Of a stretch of DNA of 64,000 bases, positions 1-10,814 are shown one piece after another. Each line of letters begins with the position of its first letter. Positions within the stretch are counted from its first letter, which is position 1. Below the pieces are notes generated by a model. That model saw only the letters and a list, made by a program, of their open reading frames with translations, was not told where the DNA came from and made no database searches. The stretch spans positions 1,054,001 through 1,118,000 of the forward strand of contig MU058221.1 in NCBI GenBank assembly GCA_013265495.1, given 5' to 3'. The position numbers were made by a program, and so were the translations under genes. This DNA comes from Vicugna vicugna (Eukaryota).

Positions 1-37
1 ACTTGTCACTGACATCTTTTGTAATGATGAAAAAATA

Positions 38-75
38 AGAAGGAGGGAGAGGGGAGGAGGGGAAGGAGGAGGAGT
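38..75. repeat. Purine-rich (GGA/GGGA)n low-complexity tract
   Basis: Seen directly: gaaggagggagaggggaggaggggaaggaggaggag. Confidence 0.8.
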
Positions 76-1039
76 TTGGTAACCAAAATCAACTCCCAGA
101 TTTAGACATGGATACACGTATTTTACTCTTTTCTTTGTGAACATAATTCTGTATTTTACACCCTGAATTTTCCCTTGAATTTAGTTTCCGTTAGCACACA
201 GCTAATAAAATCACCAAGAGTTGAAATCACGTTAAGCGATTTAATATGCAAATGAAGGGACTCTTTCAGAGGCTTGATTTGTCTTCTCCACAAACAGGAA
301 TAATTTCCTCATACACTGAATCGTGAAAAAATGTGGAAAAAAAATAATAAGCATTACTAATTTCTTAAATTCATAGGAAGGGTGGGTAACTTGACTTTCT
401 CTTGGCCAGTACCTGCTCTAGCAGTCTCTCTTTATAATTAGTTTATGCCTATCAGGTTTTGGAGAGAAATCTGCAATTTTACTGACATTGAAAAATATTA
501 TTAGCTAATTTCTTAATTGTAAAATTAACATCTTACTTAACAAAAATGACTCATTTCAAAGCAAAGTAATTAATTAAGACAAAACATTACCCACAGAAAA
601 GCTCAGGGGAATATTTGATATATGGTATTTCATTTCTGCTTTTCCATGCCTCCATATTTACAAATGATTCTTAAGGAAATCTTGATTTGAAACAATCTGT
701 CGTCATGAAGGGTCTGTGGACAAGAACCGTGTCATTGGTTTTAGAGGAAAAAACCCCCAGCATGTTTGACTCTCTTTTTTCTGTTTAGTCAGCGGACTGT
801 TTCCAGATGCTTTCTCTTACAAATATGTATTCGTTTAACTCACAGCTGACGACAATCATGCCAACTCGCTACTTCTACAAAATACACTATAAAATCTGCT
901 CACAGTTGATGCCTTGGATGCATCACTTGCAGACCCTTCTCCCTCCTCATTCCTATAAATTTTCAAAAGAGCCTTTTCAGGTTCATCCTTTATCTGCAAG
1001 TGCCTTCCCAGCTGGTATCCTTGCTTCTCCACAGAGTCC

Positions 1040-1192
1040 AACTCAAGCACAAATCACCACCATTTCTGGACCAGATACCACAGTCATTTTTCTAACTGTC
1101 CCATCTTCGTACACTCTCTTCTAGCCTTCCCTCACGTTGCAGCCAAAGAAATCTTCTCAAACTTGGGATTTTGTAATGGCATCCTGCTCTCC
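1040..1192 (+). mobile_element. LINE-2 fragment
   Basis: caccaccatttctggaccagataccacagtcatttttctaactgtccc...gcagccaaagaaatcttctcaaa resembles the L2 3' region as I recall it (caccatcatctctcacctggac...cagccagagtgatctttctaaaa). Confidence 0.6.
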
Positions 1193-2080
1193 CGTTAGCC
1201 GCAGTTAAAGACCCGACCAGCATGGAGGTCGCACTTGTCAAAAGATCAACTCCCATTTGGTACCATATTGCTTTGAAGCCAAGCCTAAAAAACGCATTCC
1301 AGATCGACGGAACTAACTTACAGTAATAAACCAGAGCTGCAAGAGAGTCTGAGTAGGATGAACACTCGGTTGACTCCGTCTAGGTGAGATGGACTCATAC
1401 TTGACATATGAGTCAATTTTTAAAACAGAAGGCAATTATTCAAAATGGCCTCAAATGATGCATGTTTTCTGGAGTTCACAACTTGTTCGCTGCACACCAA
1501 GTACACCATTTTCCAAAAATAACCCTCCAAATACCATCACATCCACCCACATCACCAATACCCCTTTTTCTAGATGCCAACTAAAACTGGCTCTTGCCAT
1601 CTGCCTCTACAAGGAATGCATCACGTTGGCATCTGCCATCTACCTATGCTTGGGTTAAATCACATGCCACGGCAGCCACTGACCTTCAACACACCCTGAA
1701 AGGGGTTCAGAGTGGATATCAAGAAAGAGGCAGTCTGTGTTCTGGGACGAAGTGGCAAAACAGGTCTTCAGACAGTGAGGAATTTTCAGGAGATCTTGTA
1801 AGCCCCAATTATTGCATCTCCTCATATCTAGAAAAGCACTGTAGTCATTAGCAGGGACGTCTGCCCCTCGTGGCCAGCAGCAGCCTCTGCCTGAGTGTGT
1901 GCTTGACGGCACGTGCCCCACTCCATGAAAATCACATATAATTCTGAGTTCCCCCCTGCCTCTTAGGGGCAGTCCCTCAGAGCTGTCTGAAATTCTGTCT
2001 CCTGGGCTATAGTCCTCGCTTTGCCCCAAATAAAACTTAACTCACAACTCTCACGTTGTGTGACTTGATTTCAGTTGGCA
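1193..2080 (+). mobile_element. Probable ERV1-class solo LTR (3' part clear, 5' boundary uncertain)
   Basis: 1950-2080 matches the recalled end of a cetartiodactyl LTR (gctatagtcctcgctttgccccaaataaaacttaactcacaactctcacgttgtg...ttggca), with AATAAA at 2029-2034 and a terminal CA at 2080. The putative start cgttagcc at 1193 is where the L2 similarity stops. Confidence 0.55.
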
Positions 2081-2439
2081 TAGCATTGCTACCACTGCTC
2101 ATACAAACGTTTATTATCTCACTGCCTTTGGAACATGGAGCAATTAAAGGTGTCATCAGTTACCGCATCCATCTCAAGGTCCTGAATCACTGGGTGTTGT
2201 CCACTGCTTTGTAAGTGGACTGTATTCATGTGACATTCTGTAATTTAGGAAGTAAACTGTGATTTTAATTGTGACCTACAATGCTTAAATAAAATTGTAG
2301 AAACACAAGAAAGAACACTCTTTAAGTATATAAGATATATCTATAATATAATTTAGAACCATAGATATATTACTTTATATTTAATACATGCATATACAGT
2401 TATGTAAATATATATACCTATATTTCCATGTATTATTTT

Positions 2440-2983
2440 AATGCACTATTTGCAAATTGTAGGTTCATGTTATTCCCGGGCTGAACAAGCCGACTGGTGT
2501 CATTTTCTCCCACACTATTTGCTCACTTCCTGTCTCCGCATCACATTTTGGTAATTCTCACAATAGGTCAAACTTTTTCCTCACTATTATATTTTTTATG
2601 CTGATCTCTGATGGGTGATGTTTTGATTTTACTACTGTGATCCCTGAAGGCTGAGATGATGGTTAGCATTTGGGGGCAATAAAATATTTTAATCAAGTTA
2701 TGTACATTGTGTTTTGAAGACATAATGCTATTTACACATTTAATATTATGCAATACAGTGTAGATATAACTTTGTTTTCAACGGAGGTGCTGGGAATAGA
2801 ACCCAGGACCTCATGCGTGCTGAGCATTCACTCTACCACGGACTTACTACCCTCCCTGCTCTATAACTTTTATATGCACTGGGAAACCAAAAAACTCCTG
2901 TGAGTGGCTTTATCGGTTTACTGCAATATTCACTTTATTGTGGTGATCTGGAACCGAGCTCATGGTACACCTGAGGTATGCTG
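2440..2983 (+). mobile_element. Internally deleted Tigger1-type (TcMar) DNA transposon
   Basis: The Tigger1 5' segment (tgctcacttcctgtctccgcatcacattttggtaattctcacaata) is joined to the Tigger1 3' segment (tatatgcactgggaaaccaaaaaa...gatctggaacc...gaggtatgctg), followed by TA at 2984-2985. Confidence 0.85.
2774..2861 (-). mobile_element. tRNA-derived SINE (camelid Vic-1-like) inserted in the Tigger element
   Basis: Minus strand reads GGGAGGGTAGTAAGTCCGTGGTAGAGTGAATGCTCAGCACGCATGAGGTCCTGGGTTCTATTCCCAGCACCTCC, with degenerate Pol III A and B boxes. The 9-bp TSD tataacttt lies at 2765-2773 and 2862-2870. Confidence 0.85.
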
Positions 2984-3654
2984 TACGTGTATTTATTGCT
3001 TCTGTACTTGGTAGGGAAAGGCAAACTATACACGTAGATCTTTCAGTCTTGCTTATGCAATCATGGGGCCATTACTGGGATTCATCGCTTCTTCCTTCTA
3101 CTCATATTTCCTTCTCTTTTAGATAATTATTTCACCGAGATTCTTTACCTAGAGGGGTTAATCAAACCTTCCGTCTTCAAAGATCTGAATACTTGGTGAT
3201 TCTATACAGAGCTCGAGAACTTCTACTACCAGGGATGGTAATGTTCGGAGGTGTTCCGGGGACCCACTCTCTCATCCATAGTGCTTTGCATCCTCTTTGT
3301 GAGGCAATAAGAATGTTTCCCCTTGATTGTGAGAACCAGACACCCCAGGGAGCAGAGCATCCCGCTTTGGTGTCGGTCCTCTTAGCGGCATGAGGAGGCT
3401 GAAGGGATCGGGGGCAGCTTTCACTTCTGATTTAGGGGAAGTGATGCGGGATCTTGCTGGAGTCAGAATCTGCCAACATTCTTTTTTTCTTTTTGGCTTT
3501 ATTTACATTAGCATGATTTTAGTTCATCCCTCTTTCTCTAGGTTCTATCTGTTCTCCATTCTGAATAAATGTTTTAAAGGAGAATGGAAACATTTAACAT
3601 TGATTTGGATGGACGATATGCTAAGTTCTTTTCTAAGCTTCAAATATTAACCTA

Positions 3655-3795
3655 TTTTATCCTCCAAAAGATTGTTTAAGATACGTATTATTACCATCCT
3701 AATTTTTGAAATGAGCAAGTGGAGGCATAGAAAATTTACCTGTCATAAATCAATGAGTCCTAGTGGCAGGGCTGAGATTGGAATCCAGGCAGAAT
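3655..3795 (-). mobile_element. MIR SINE
   Basis: attattaccatcctaatttttgaaatgagcaagtggaggcatagaaaa...agtggcagggctgagattggaatccaggcag is the reverse of the MIR core. Confidence 0.7.
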
Positions 3796-4114
3796 CATAA
3801 TGCCGTGCTTTGAGTTTAATCATAAAAACAGCTCTGATTTTAACTGTTCAGTGATGCCCGATTCTCTTTCTGGGTAGCATCCAAGCACGTTCACATGAAT
3901 TACAAGGGTGCTGCTACAGTAATATATCTTGGCATCCTCCTCAAACTGCACTACAGACATACAGGAATAGTTTTATCTTCATGAAGGTTCCAGAGTCTTC
4001 GAGTTTACGTAGCCGCTTCTCTCTTCCTTTATGTCATAACATAACATAACGTGGTCGCCAGCCTCAGATCTATGACGTAAGCTATGTTGTGCAAACATCT
4101 GGCATTTCTCCCAC

Positions 4115-4295
4115 TGCAGCACTCACCAAGCTTTGCTATAATTGTAATGTTTCTCTCTCCGTAAGACCGAATGGTTTGCCACTGAAGGTACCGTATATCT
4201 CATATTTTAGTTTCACAATTTAGTAGAAGCCTCGACACACAGTATATAATCAACAGACGTGAGCCAACTAGATCGATGAAAAAAATAGATGAATG
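4115..4295 (+). mobile_element. LINE-2 3' end fragment
   Basis: gcctcgacacacagtatataatcaacagacgtg...gatgaa resembles the L2 terminus. It is highly diverged. Confidence 0.45.
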
Positions 4296-4330
4296 GTTAA
4301 GTGGAAGAATTTATCAAAGGTCTTTACTAG

Positions 4331-4480
4331 TATATCATATATAAATACTATATGTTATGTATAAAGTATAATATATAAAATGCTATATATTTAATAGAAA
4401 TATGATATAAAATATATATATAACACACTATATATTATATATAGTATATAGTATACTTTTGCAGATATACATATATTGCA
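4331..4480. repeat. AT-rich degenerate (TA)n tract
   Basis: Seen directly. Confidence 0.75.
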
Positions 4481-4614
4481 GAAATAGTGATACATGTAAA
4501 CTTGTTGTTTACAGCTGTAAATATATCAGAAGTTCTAAAGGAAGCCAATTCAGGGGTAACATGGTTGAGAAGAAAACCTAGTTTTAAATGCTACTAATAT
4601 ACCTTTTGATGTCT

Positions 4615-4880
4615 TGTTTTATGAGTATTTTTTGAGCGTTGGATGTAGACAGCACTTTGCTAGGTGTCATGAAATATTGAAGGTATAAATCACAATATTT
4701 TTTTAAGATTTGCCTGGGAAGCCGTGATTCAATGAAAATACGAAATATAAAGTAGCATGAATTGCACCTATTCAGGGTTGTAGAAGAAAAACTGGGAACT
4801 GAAGGACAGACCTGCAGCAAAGGAGACACAGGCTTCACAGGAGAAATCTGGGTGGAGATGGGCAGTGGTGATAAGGCACA
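4615..4880 (-). mobile_element. LINE-2 fragment
   Basis: agtatttttttgagcgttggatgtagacagcactttgctaggtg...ggcttcacaggaga resembles the reverse of the L2 3' end. Confidence 0.5.
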
Positions 4881-5444
4881 AGAGTAATGAGGAAGGAGGG
4901 GAGAAGACAGACAAATACGGGAAACCTGCCGCTTGTCAAGGCTTCTACGCGCTCTGCAGATTATGGAATATTTTTAGACCAAGAGCAAACACAGGCACAC
5001 ATGACACAGACTGGACAGAAAAAGGAAGTCCAGTCTGTGTGGTGATGGAGTCATGCAATAGCCACTCCAATGCATTCTGATTTTCTCACCTCAAAGAACA
5101 CTGGAGCATCCTCCAGGAAATGGCACCAATCAAATTATGCCACCTTGCCTCATGTGAGTCATTGTTAATTAGAAGGAGCCGCAAGGCAGTTATTGCAAGA
5201 GTCACTAAAATGATGGCTTTCCTTCACAAGTACTTGATGGCTGCTTTTGACCTTCCTATCACAGATTTTAGTACAAAGGGTTTATTGAGACAACTCTTCC
5301 ACATACGTAAGACGCCCTTACATTAAGAGAGGTAACTGAGTGTTACGTGCCCATGAATAGATAGATTGCATAAGGCTTCATGAAACTCAGGTCAGTTTTC
5401 ATGTGCGTAATGAAATCCTTTGCCGTTCCTAATTTAGTAGCTGA

Positions 5445-5580
5445 GTAGCTCTGCACTGGAATCCCAGCTTTGACGGCTGCCTTGTTTGTCTTCTGCTAAA
5501 CTCCCTAGTCCTTCTTTGCATAGCCTTGCAAAATGGAAACATAATGAATTGTCTGCAGGCTTTCAGTGAGAGTGATCCAT
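5445..5580 (+). mobile_element. MIR fragment
   Basis: ggaatcccagctttgac...gcaaaatggaaacataat...tgagagtgat resembles a diverged MIR core. Confidence 0.4.
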
Positions 5581-6869
5581 TTTTACATCATTTGTGAGCA
5601 TTGATCAGCTAATTATTTTTATGCTTTTTCTTCTTCAGCATCTCCTTTCTGAAGTTATTTAGTCTACATGTACATAAGTGGAAGGAGCTGAGGCATCTGC
5701 GTAAGTGAAATTATTATCTTTTTTTCCTTTACTGAATAGTAGAAGTTTCTTAGGGGTCTTTCTATAATCACTTTCATTGTTAAATTAAAGAGATGTTCAA
5801 TTATGGAATGAAAACTAAAAATGTTTTTGTTCATTTTGTCTACTGCTATAAGTTTTTCCGGGTAAATTTTTGCCCTTCTTGGGAAAAAAATACGTTGTCA
5901 TATTTTATTGTCATTCTCGGTACCATCTGCTGGAGAGGACAATTTCAAATCAGATTGTTAGCTTTTGCATGTGTCTCAAAATCATGATTTGAATCAAAAC
6001 AGTAGATGAAACAAAACACAAAACACTTTATTTTTTTATATAGTACCTAGTCATGATCCCACTTGCTACCCCAAACACATATGCCCCCCAAAATAAACTA
6101 CTGAAGTTTTTCAGTCTTACTTTTCTATCAAGATTTCCACAGCTGGATTCACAATGCAAAATACAAATCAAACACACTTAGTGACTTTTAATTCAAGATG
6201 GAGAGCTAAACTCAAGCCTCAATTCCTTCTGAGGGCCGCATTTGATTTTCTGTAAAAGACTACGAAGGGAAGCCACTCGGAAGCAGGAAGCAGCGGACGT
6301 GAGCAAGAATGGACCAGAGCTTTCAGTGCATTTCTAGGAAAGAACAGGCAGATAAAAGACCATTATCAAATGACGTCAAATGGAGACAGCTTCAGGCAAC
6401 AGTTCCGATGGAAATCTCTCCATAACACAGGAGAAAACCGGGAAGCAAATTATGAACTTTAGCGGGAGGCAGGAAACAAGTTATAGAGATGGGTGGGAAA
6501 ATTCAGTGTTATTATCATCAGCGTGTCCTTATGTTTAGTTTATAAAGGTAAACGTACTTCGTTCATTATGCCAAATCTGATCACAGGTGGAGTTTGAGTA
6601 TATAATCAGGCAAAGCTAACTAAAAATTTTGATTGAAAAGAGTGATAATGGTGAATTTGCACTGGCCAGTATCAAACCACTGAAAAGTCATAATATTCAA
6701 ATCAGTTGGATATTGTCTTGGAAATGGTGAGGTCAATCATTGAACCCACATGAAGCAGCAGTCTCAAATAAGTAAAGGACTGCAATAAATGCTAAATATG
6801 TTATTTCATTTTATTGGCAGATTCAACCACAAAACTCTAAATGCATCTAAATGTGTCCAAATACGCTTA

Positions 6870-8000
6870 CACTTCATTTAATTTCTGTGGACATTCCGGC
6901 TTCATTTTGTTGATGTGATCTGCTCTTTTCTGGAAGGGGTTTATTTAATACATCACTGAGATTATCCACCGTCCTTTTGTATCAGATAGGTTCACCATTA
7001 TTAACTAAAGTTATTATTTAGGGTAGGTGCATAGAGGTTTTTGTTGTTAATCCTGTTGAATTCTTTCTTTAATCTTATCAAAATACCATTGTAATCTTAG
7101 TTTAATATAATTATGTAAAATGCTATTTTATATATTACTATTGTAAATCTTGCTTTTGTTGGTGTCGAGATTTGCCTAGAGTATCCTGTTCATTGCTTTT
7201 ATTAAAATTCCCTTGACCACTTTTCTTTCTCCTGTTTGTATATTTGGGGAGAAAACGTTTATCCATTCAACATTATGATCCTTCCATTTTTGGAATTCTT
7301 ACTTGAGAGTTGCTTTAAATTTCTCAACTGAATCATCTGCAATTATTTGGACCTAATTATATGTTTTTGTACTTGGCTTGGCTTCTCATGTTTCTTATAT
7401 CCATGTCTTTTCTTTTCTTAGATTTATTTAAGTCGTTTTTTTTCCAGAAAGTATATATGGCACATGTGCTATTTGCCAAGAACATATTTTGCTTAATTCT
7501 TGATCAAAATTTGCTCAACTATGGGATGCTAAGTTAAAATATTTATTCTTGAATTTGAAGGTAGGGTTCCATTGTTTTCAGTATCCTGTATTTTAGAAAA
7601 ATGTTCTGAGAAGAGCCATAACCTAATTATTCTGCAAATCCATTATTCTTTCTCGCCACGTGGTAGAGCGTTCAGTACCTCCATTTATCTTGGGAGTCCA
7701 GTGTGTCTGCTGCACATATTATTGGTTTTCTCGCATTAATGATAATAACCTTGAACGACACCTTGGTCTCTTTCCATGGTTTTTTCATAAGCTTTGGTAT
7801 ATTATATTCAATTATGCTTTTGTATTTGTGCATGTGTGGTATCTCTTACATCTTCCTTCTTATATCTTATATACCTCAGAAACTAATAAATGGAAGTCGA
7901 TGTTGGAAACATTGGATGAGTTTTTGACCTCAAATTTTCTTTCTTAATTTGTATCTGTTTCTTGTACTGGAGTGTTTTGCTGGGAGGCGCCTCAGCTTTT
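6870..8000 (-). mobile_element. Old LINE-1 (L1M) ORF1 and ORF2-start remnants
   Basis: The plus strand is T-rich and carries L1M-like motifs (tgctattttatatattactattgtaaatcttgctttt; aattttgctcaactatgggatgctaagtt...ttccattgttttcagtatcc). Confidence 0.55.
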
Positions 8001-8529
8001 CCATATGAGTGACACGGTACTTATTTTTGCTGTTATATTTGTCAACCGCTATCCTAACCACTACTGCTGATTACCTAATGAGGTTAATGTTTCGAAGACA
8101 GGTCTCCTTTCTTTCCTTCTCTTTCCGTCTCTCTCTCTCTGTCTGTCTCTCTCACTGCTGTTTCTTTTGTTTCAAATATACAGAATCTCCTATTTTTTCT
8201 AAGGATAGTAATTCAAAACTGATTACTTTATTTAAAAAAACATTTTTTCTTTCTTGCTTTTTGGTTTGACGATACTTCGTTCCTCCTTCACTAGCGGTCC
8301 CAATGTTGCTGGTTGTTTCATGGATACACATTTACACACATGCATGTAACTGGGCTAAGGTTTGTGGGAGTAAAATGAAAGTCACGGATGGCTGATGCTA
8401 ATCATGGAAGTCCTGGCTGTCACAGTGAGTAAGGATGTGAGTTTAAGGCGTTCTAAATCTGCAAGGAGAGGAAAGCACGTCTTCGTTTTAAAAAAGACTT
8501 AGGATCAGTTTCTTAAAACCTTTCTGTTC

Positions 8530-9650
8530 CTATCACAAAACCAGACACCCAGGTGCACAAACCGAATTGTACAGCTCGAGGAGCTACTGTGACACGAATA
8601 TCTATGCAGGTTAACAAAGAGAATGCTTTCTGGTCAGTACCCCAGAAATGCCCCTTCATGCCTCCCTCTGAGACTCACTCCACTCTATCCAAGCCAAAGT
8701 CATTACTCTTTTGACATGACATTCATTTATATTTATGAATATAGTAATTCATATGTATAAATACATAATGTAATTAATTATATAACCCATATATATGAGT
8801 GCATAATTAATGTTGTATATAACAAATTTGTATGCAAATATATACATGTTTGATTTATCAATACATTAATGTAAAAATAATTATATATGTTATTGATGGC
8901 CCAGAGACTAGCAGCGTTCAAGATCAGGAGTCCAAGAATGGAACTGGTACATCTGGGGCTGCTGTGGCAAATTCGGAGCTTGGCAAATACCCAGTGGGGG
9001 CCCGGGGATCACGGGCCAGTGGCTGGTGTCGCTGCCCCGGCCTCTTCAGGCCACGTGCTGCCTGCGCGTGCGCCGGGCACTCCTCCCGCCTGGCTTCCAG
9101 CGGCCCCTGCGGAGCGCAGGCCCGGGACGCTCCACGCCTCTGGTCCGTGGGCAGGAGGCCTGAGGAGCCCCCCAGCGCGGGGGCTGTCAGCTTCCGCATC
9201 TCCTCATGAGCCTGGGAGGAGAGACTGCTGGAACGCAGGCGTTTCTCGTCCCAAATTAAGAGGAAAAAATGTATCATTAAATATCTAAACACTATCATTC
9301 TGATTTGTTCTTTGAAATTAATATAAATGAAATCATATAGTGCACATTATTGTATATCTGCATTCGCTGATTCAGTATTATATTTCTGAGATCCATCTAT
9401 GTTGCTTCATTTGGTTTATTTTTATTACTGCATAACAATCCATTTTATGAAAATTCCGGAGTGTTCTTACTCATTAATTCTATGGTTCGCGGGCATTTGG
9501 GTCATTTTCAGTTTAGGGCACCAATGAATTACACTGGTGAAAACATTACTGTGTATGTCCCCAGAGAAAGCGTTACGTCCACGCATGAAGCTGGAAATCA
9601 CCTGCAGGCACTGACATGTTTACCCTTCATCGATGGGGCCAGCAGTAGAA
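8530..9650 (-). mobile_element. Old LINE-1 (L1ME-like) 3' end, interrupted at 8888-9291
   Basis: cagtaccccagaaatgccccttcatgcctccc on the left and tataaatgaaatcatatagtg...tttctgagatccatctatgttgc...ggcatttgggtcattttcagtttagggc on the right are typical reversed L1ME 3' sequence. Confidence 0.75.
8888..9291. mobile_element. GC/CpG-rich insert with TGTT...AACA termini, probable solo LTR of undetermined family
   Basis: There is a sharp composition change inside the AT-rich L1, and the termini are inverted (TGTTATTGAT / ATCTAAACA). I count about 23 CpG in 9000-9250 by hand. No clean TSD is visible. Confidence 0.5.
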
Positions 9651-10269
9651 GTTTCTCGTAGTTTATTCTCCTTATAAAAAGAGAATTTTTTTTTCTAGAT
9701 TTTAACTGAGTTAAAAAGTCACAAGCTGTGTGAGTAGGAGGCAATTTTCCCAAACTGCACGATTAATTACCCTCCTGGCTGCCCCAGTGCCTCCCTTCCT
9801 TTCTGGGTCTTCTGAAGCAGAGAAGTTGAACCGAGCTATTCTGCTGAAAAAACTCACTGTGATGTGAATGCCGTAATGAGATTGCAGTTTTTTATGTCTT
9901 TTTCTTTTATATCTTTTTCTTTCATATCAAGAAATTTCTTAAATGTCTTTATTCTTCAATAACATTCTTCCAAGTGTTGCAATAATGCTATGGGTTTATT
10001 TCGGTTCCAGTAATCACTTATTAAGCAATAGAAGAGGTAAATAAATTGACTCTTTGGTCATTTTGAAGCAGAATGAAGGGATTTAAGGAGTGAAGTGAAG
10101 ACATAACGGTAAGATGGTAAAAATAGTGCCAGCAAAAACAAATAGTAATAGAAATTTTCTTGAATTGCTACATAATCTGTATGATTGCATCCAAAGGGCT
10201 CATTGATTTGAGATAAAAATTGATGATCTCATATGCTGACCTAGAAATACCCAAAATGAGATATACGTT

Positions 10270-10810
10270 TGAATGGCTTAGCGTCTGCTCTGCCGTCCTC
10301 CCAGTGTCTGTAATGAAGAGACAAGCCAGCTAAAAACACAGTTTTCCAGACAATCTTACAGCTAGGATTTGGGGTATGATTTTAAAGGAGAGGCTTTGCC
10401 TCTTCTGCTTCCATTGTTTCTCTTTTCCAACATAGCTGAGGAAGCACTGGGTTTTCCTGGGTGTCAAAATTAACGCAAAAACATCCTCCCGGGAGGATGG
10501 TGGCTCAGCCACTTAGGATAGTAACAGACTCCCAATGTCTGGATCCAAATACAGTCGTGTGTTCTGGGGCCAGGGTTTCCAGAGGCAGCTTCTCTAATTT
10601 CTCATCTTTGTGACTGCACACAGGTCATATCATTTTTGTTAGGCCAGATTGGTAACGTTACTATGAAAATCATTCCTAAAGTTTAAATTTACAGAGTATT
10701 TATTTAACTCTTCTAACAATTGTATAAAAACTAATGTTCTGCATTCAGCCAGCTCCTGCTTTACCACACTAGGATTGTTTCTGCTTTTTTGAACCAAATC
10801 CTGATTTAAA
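10270..10810 (+). mobile_element. ERVL LTR (LTR33-like), 5' LTR of the adjacent provirus remnant
   Basis: gctaaaaacacagttttccagacaatcttacagctaggatttgg and the end actaggattgtttctgcttttttgaaccaaatcctga match the LTR33-family pattern as recalled. Confidence 0.65.
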
Positions 10811-10814
10811 AATT

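Noticed and set aside
246..253. ATGCAAAT octamers as enriched regulatory sites (also 8832, 20214, 25236)
   Set aside because: A handful are expected by chance in 64 kb of AT-rich DNA, and several fall inside repeats.
8832..9298. Three overlapping 124-133 aa ORFs as coding genes
   Set aside because: High GC content depletes stop codons on both strands. The products are Ala/Gly/Pro/Arg-rich with no recognisable family.
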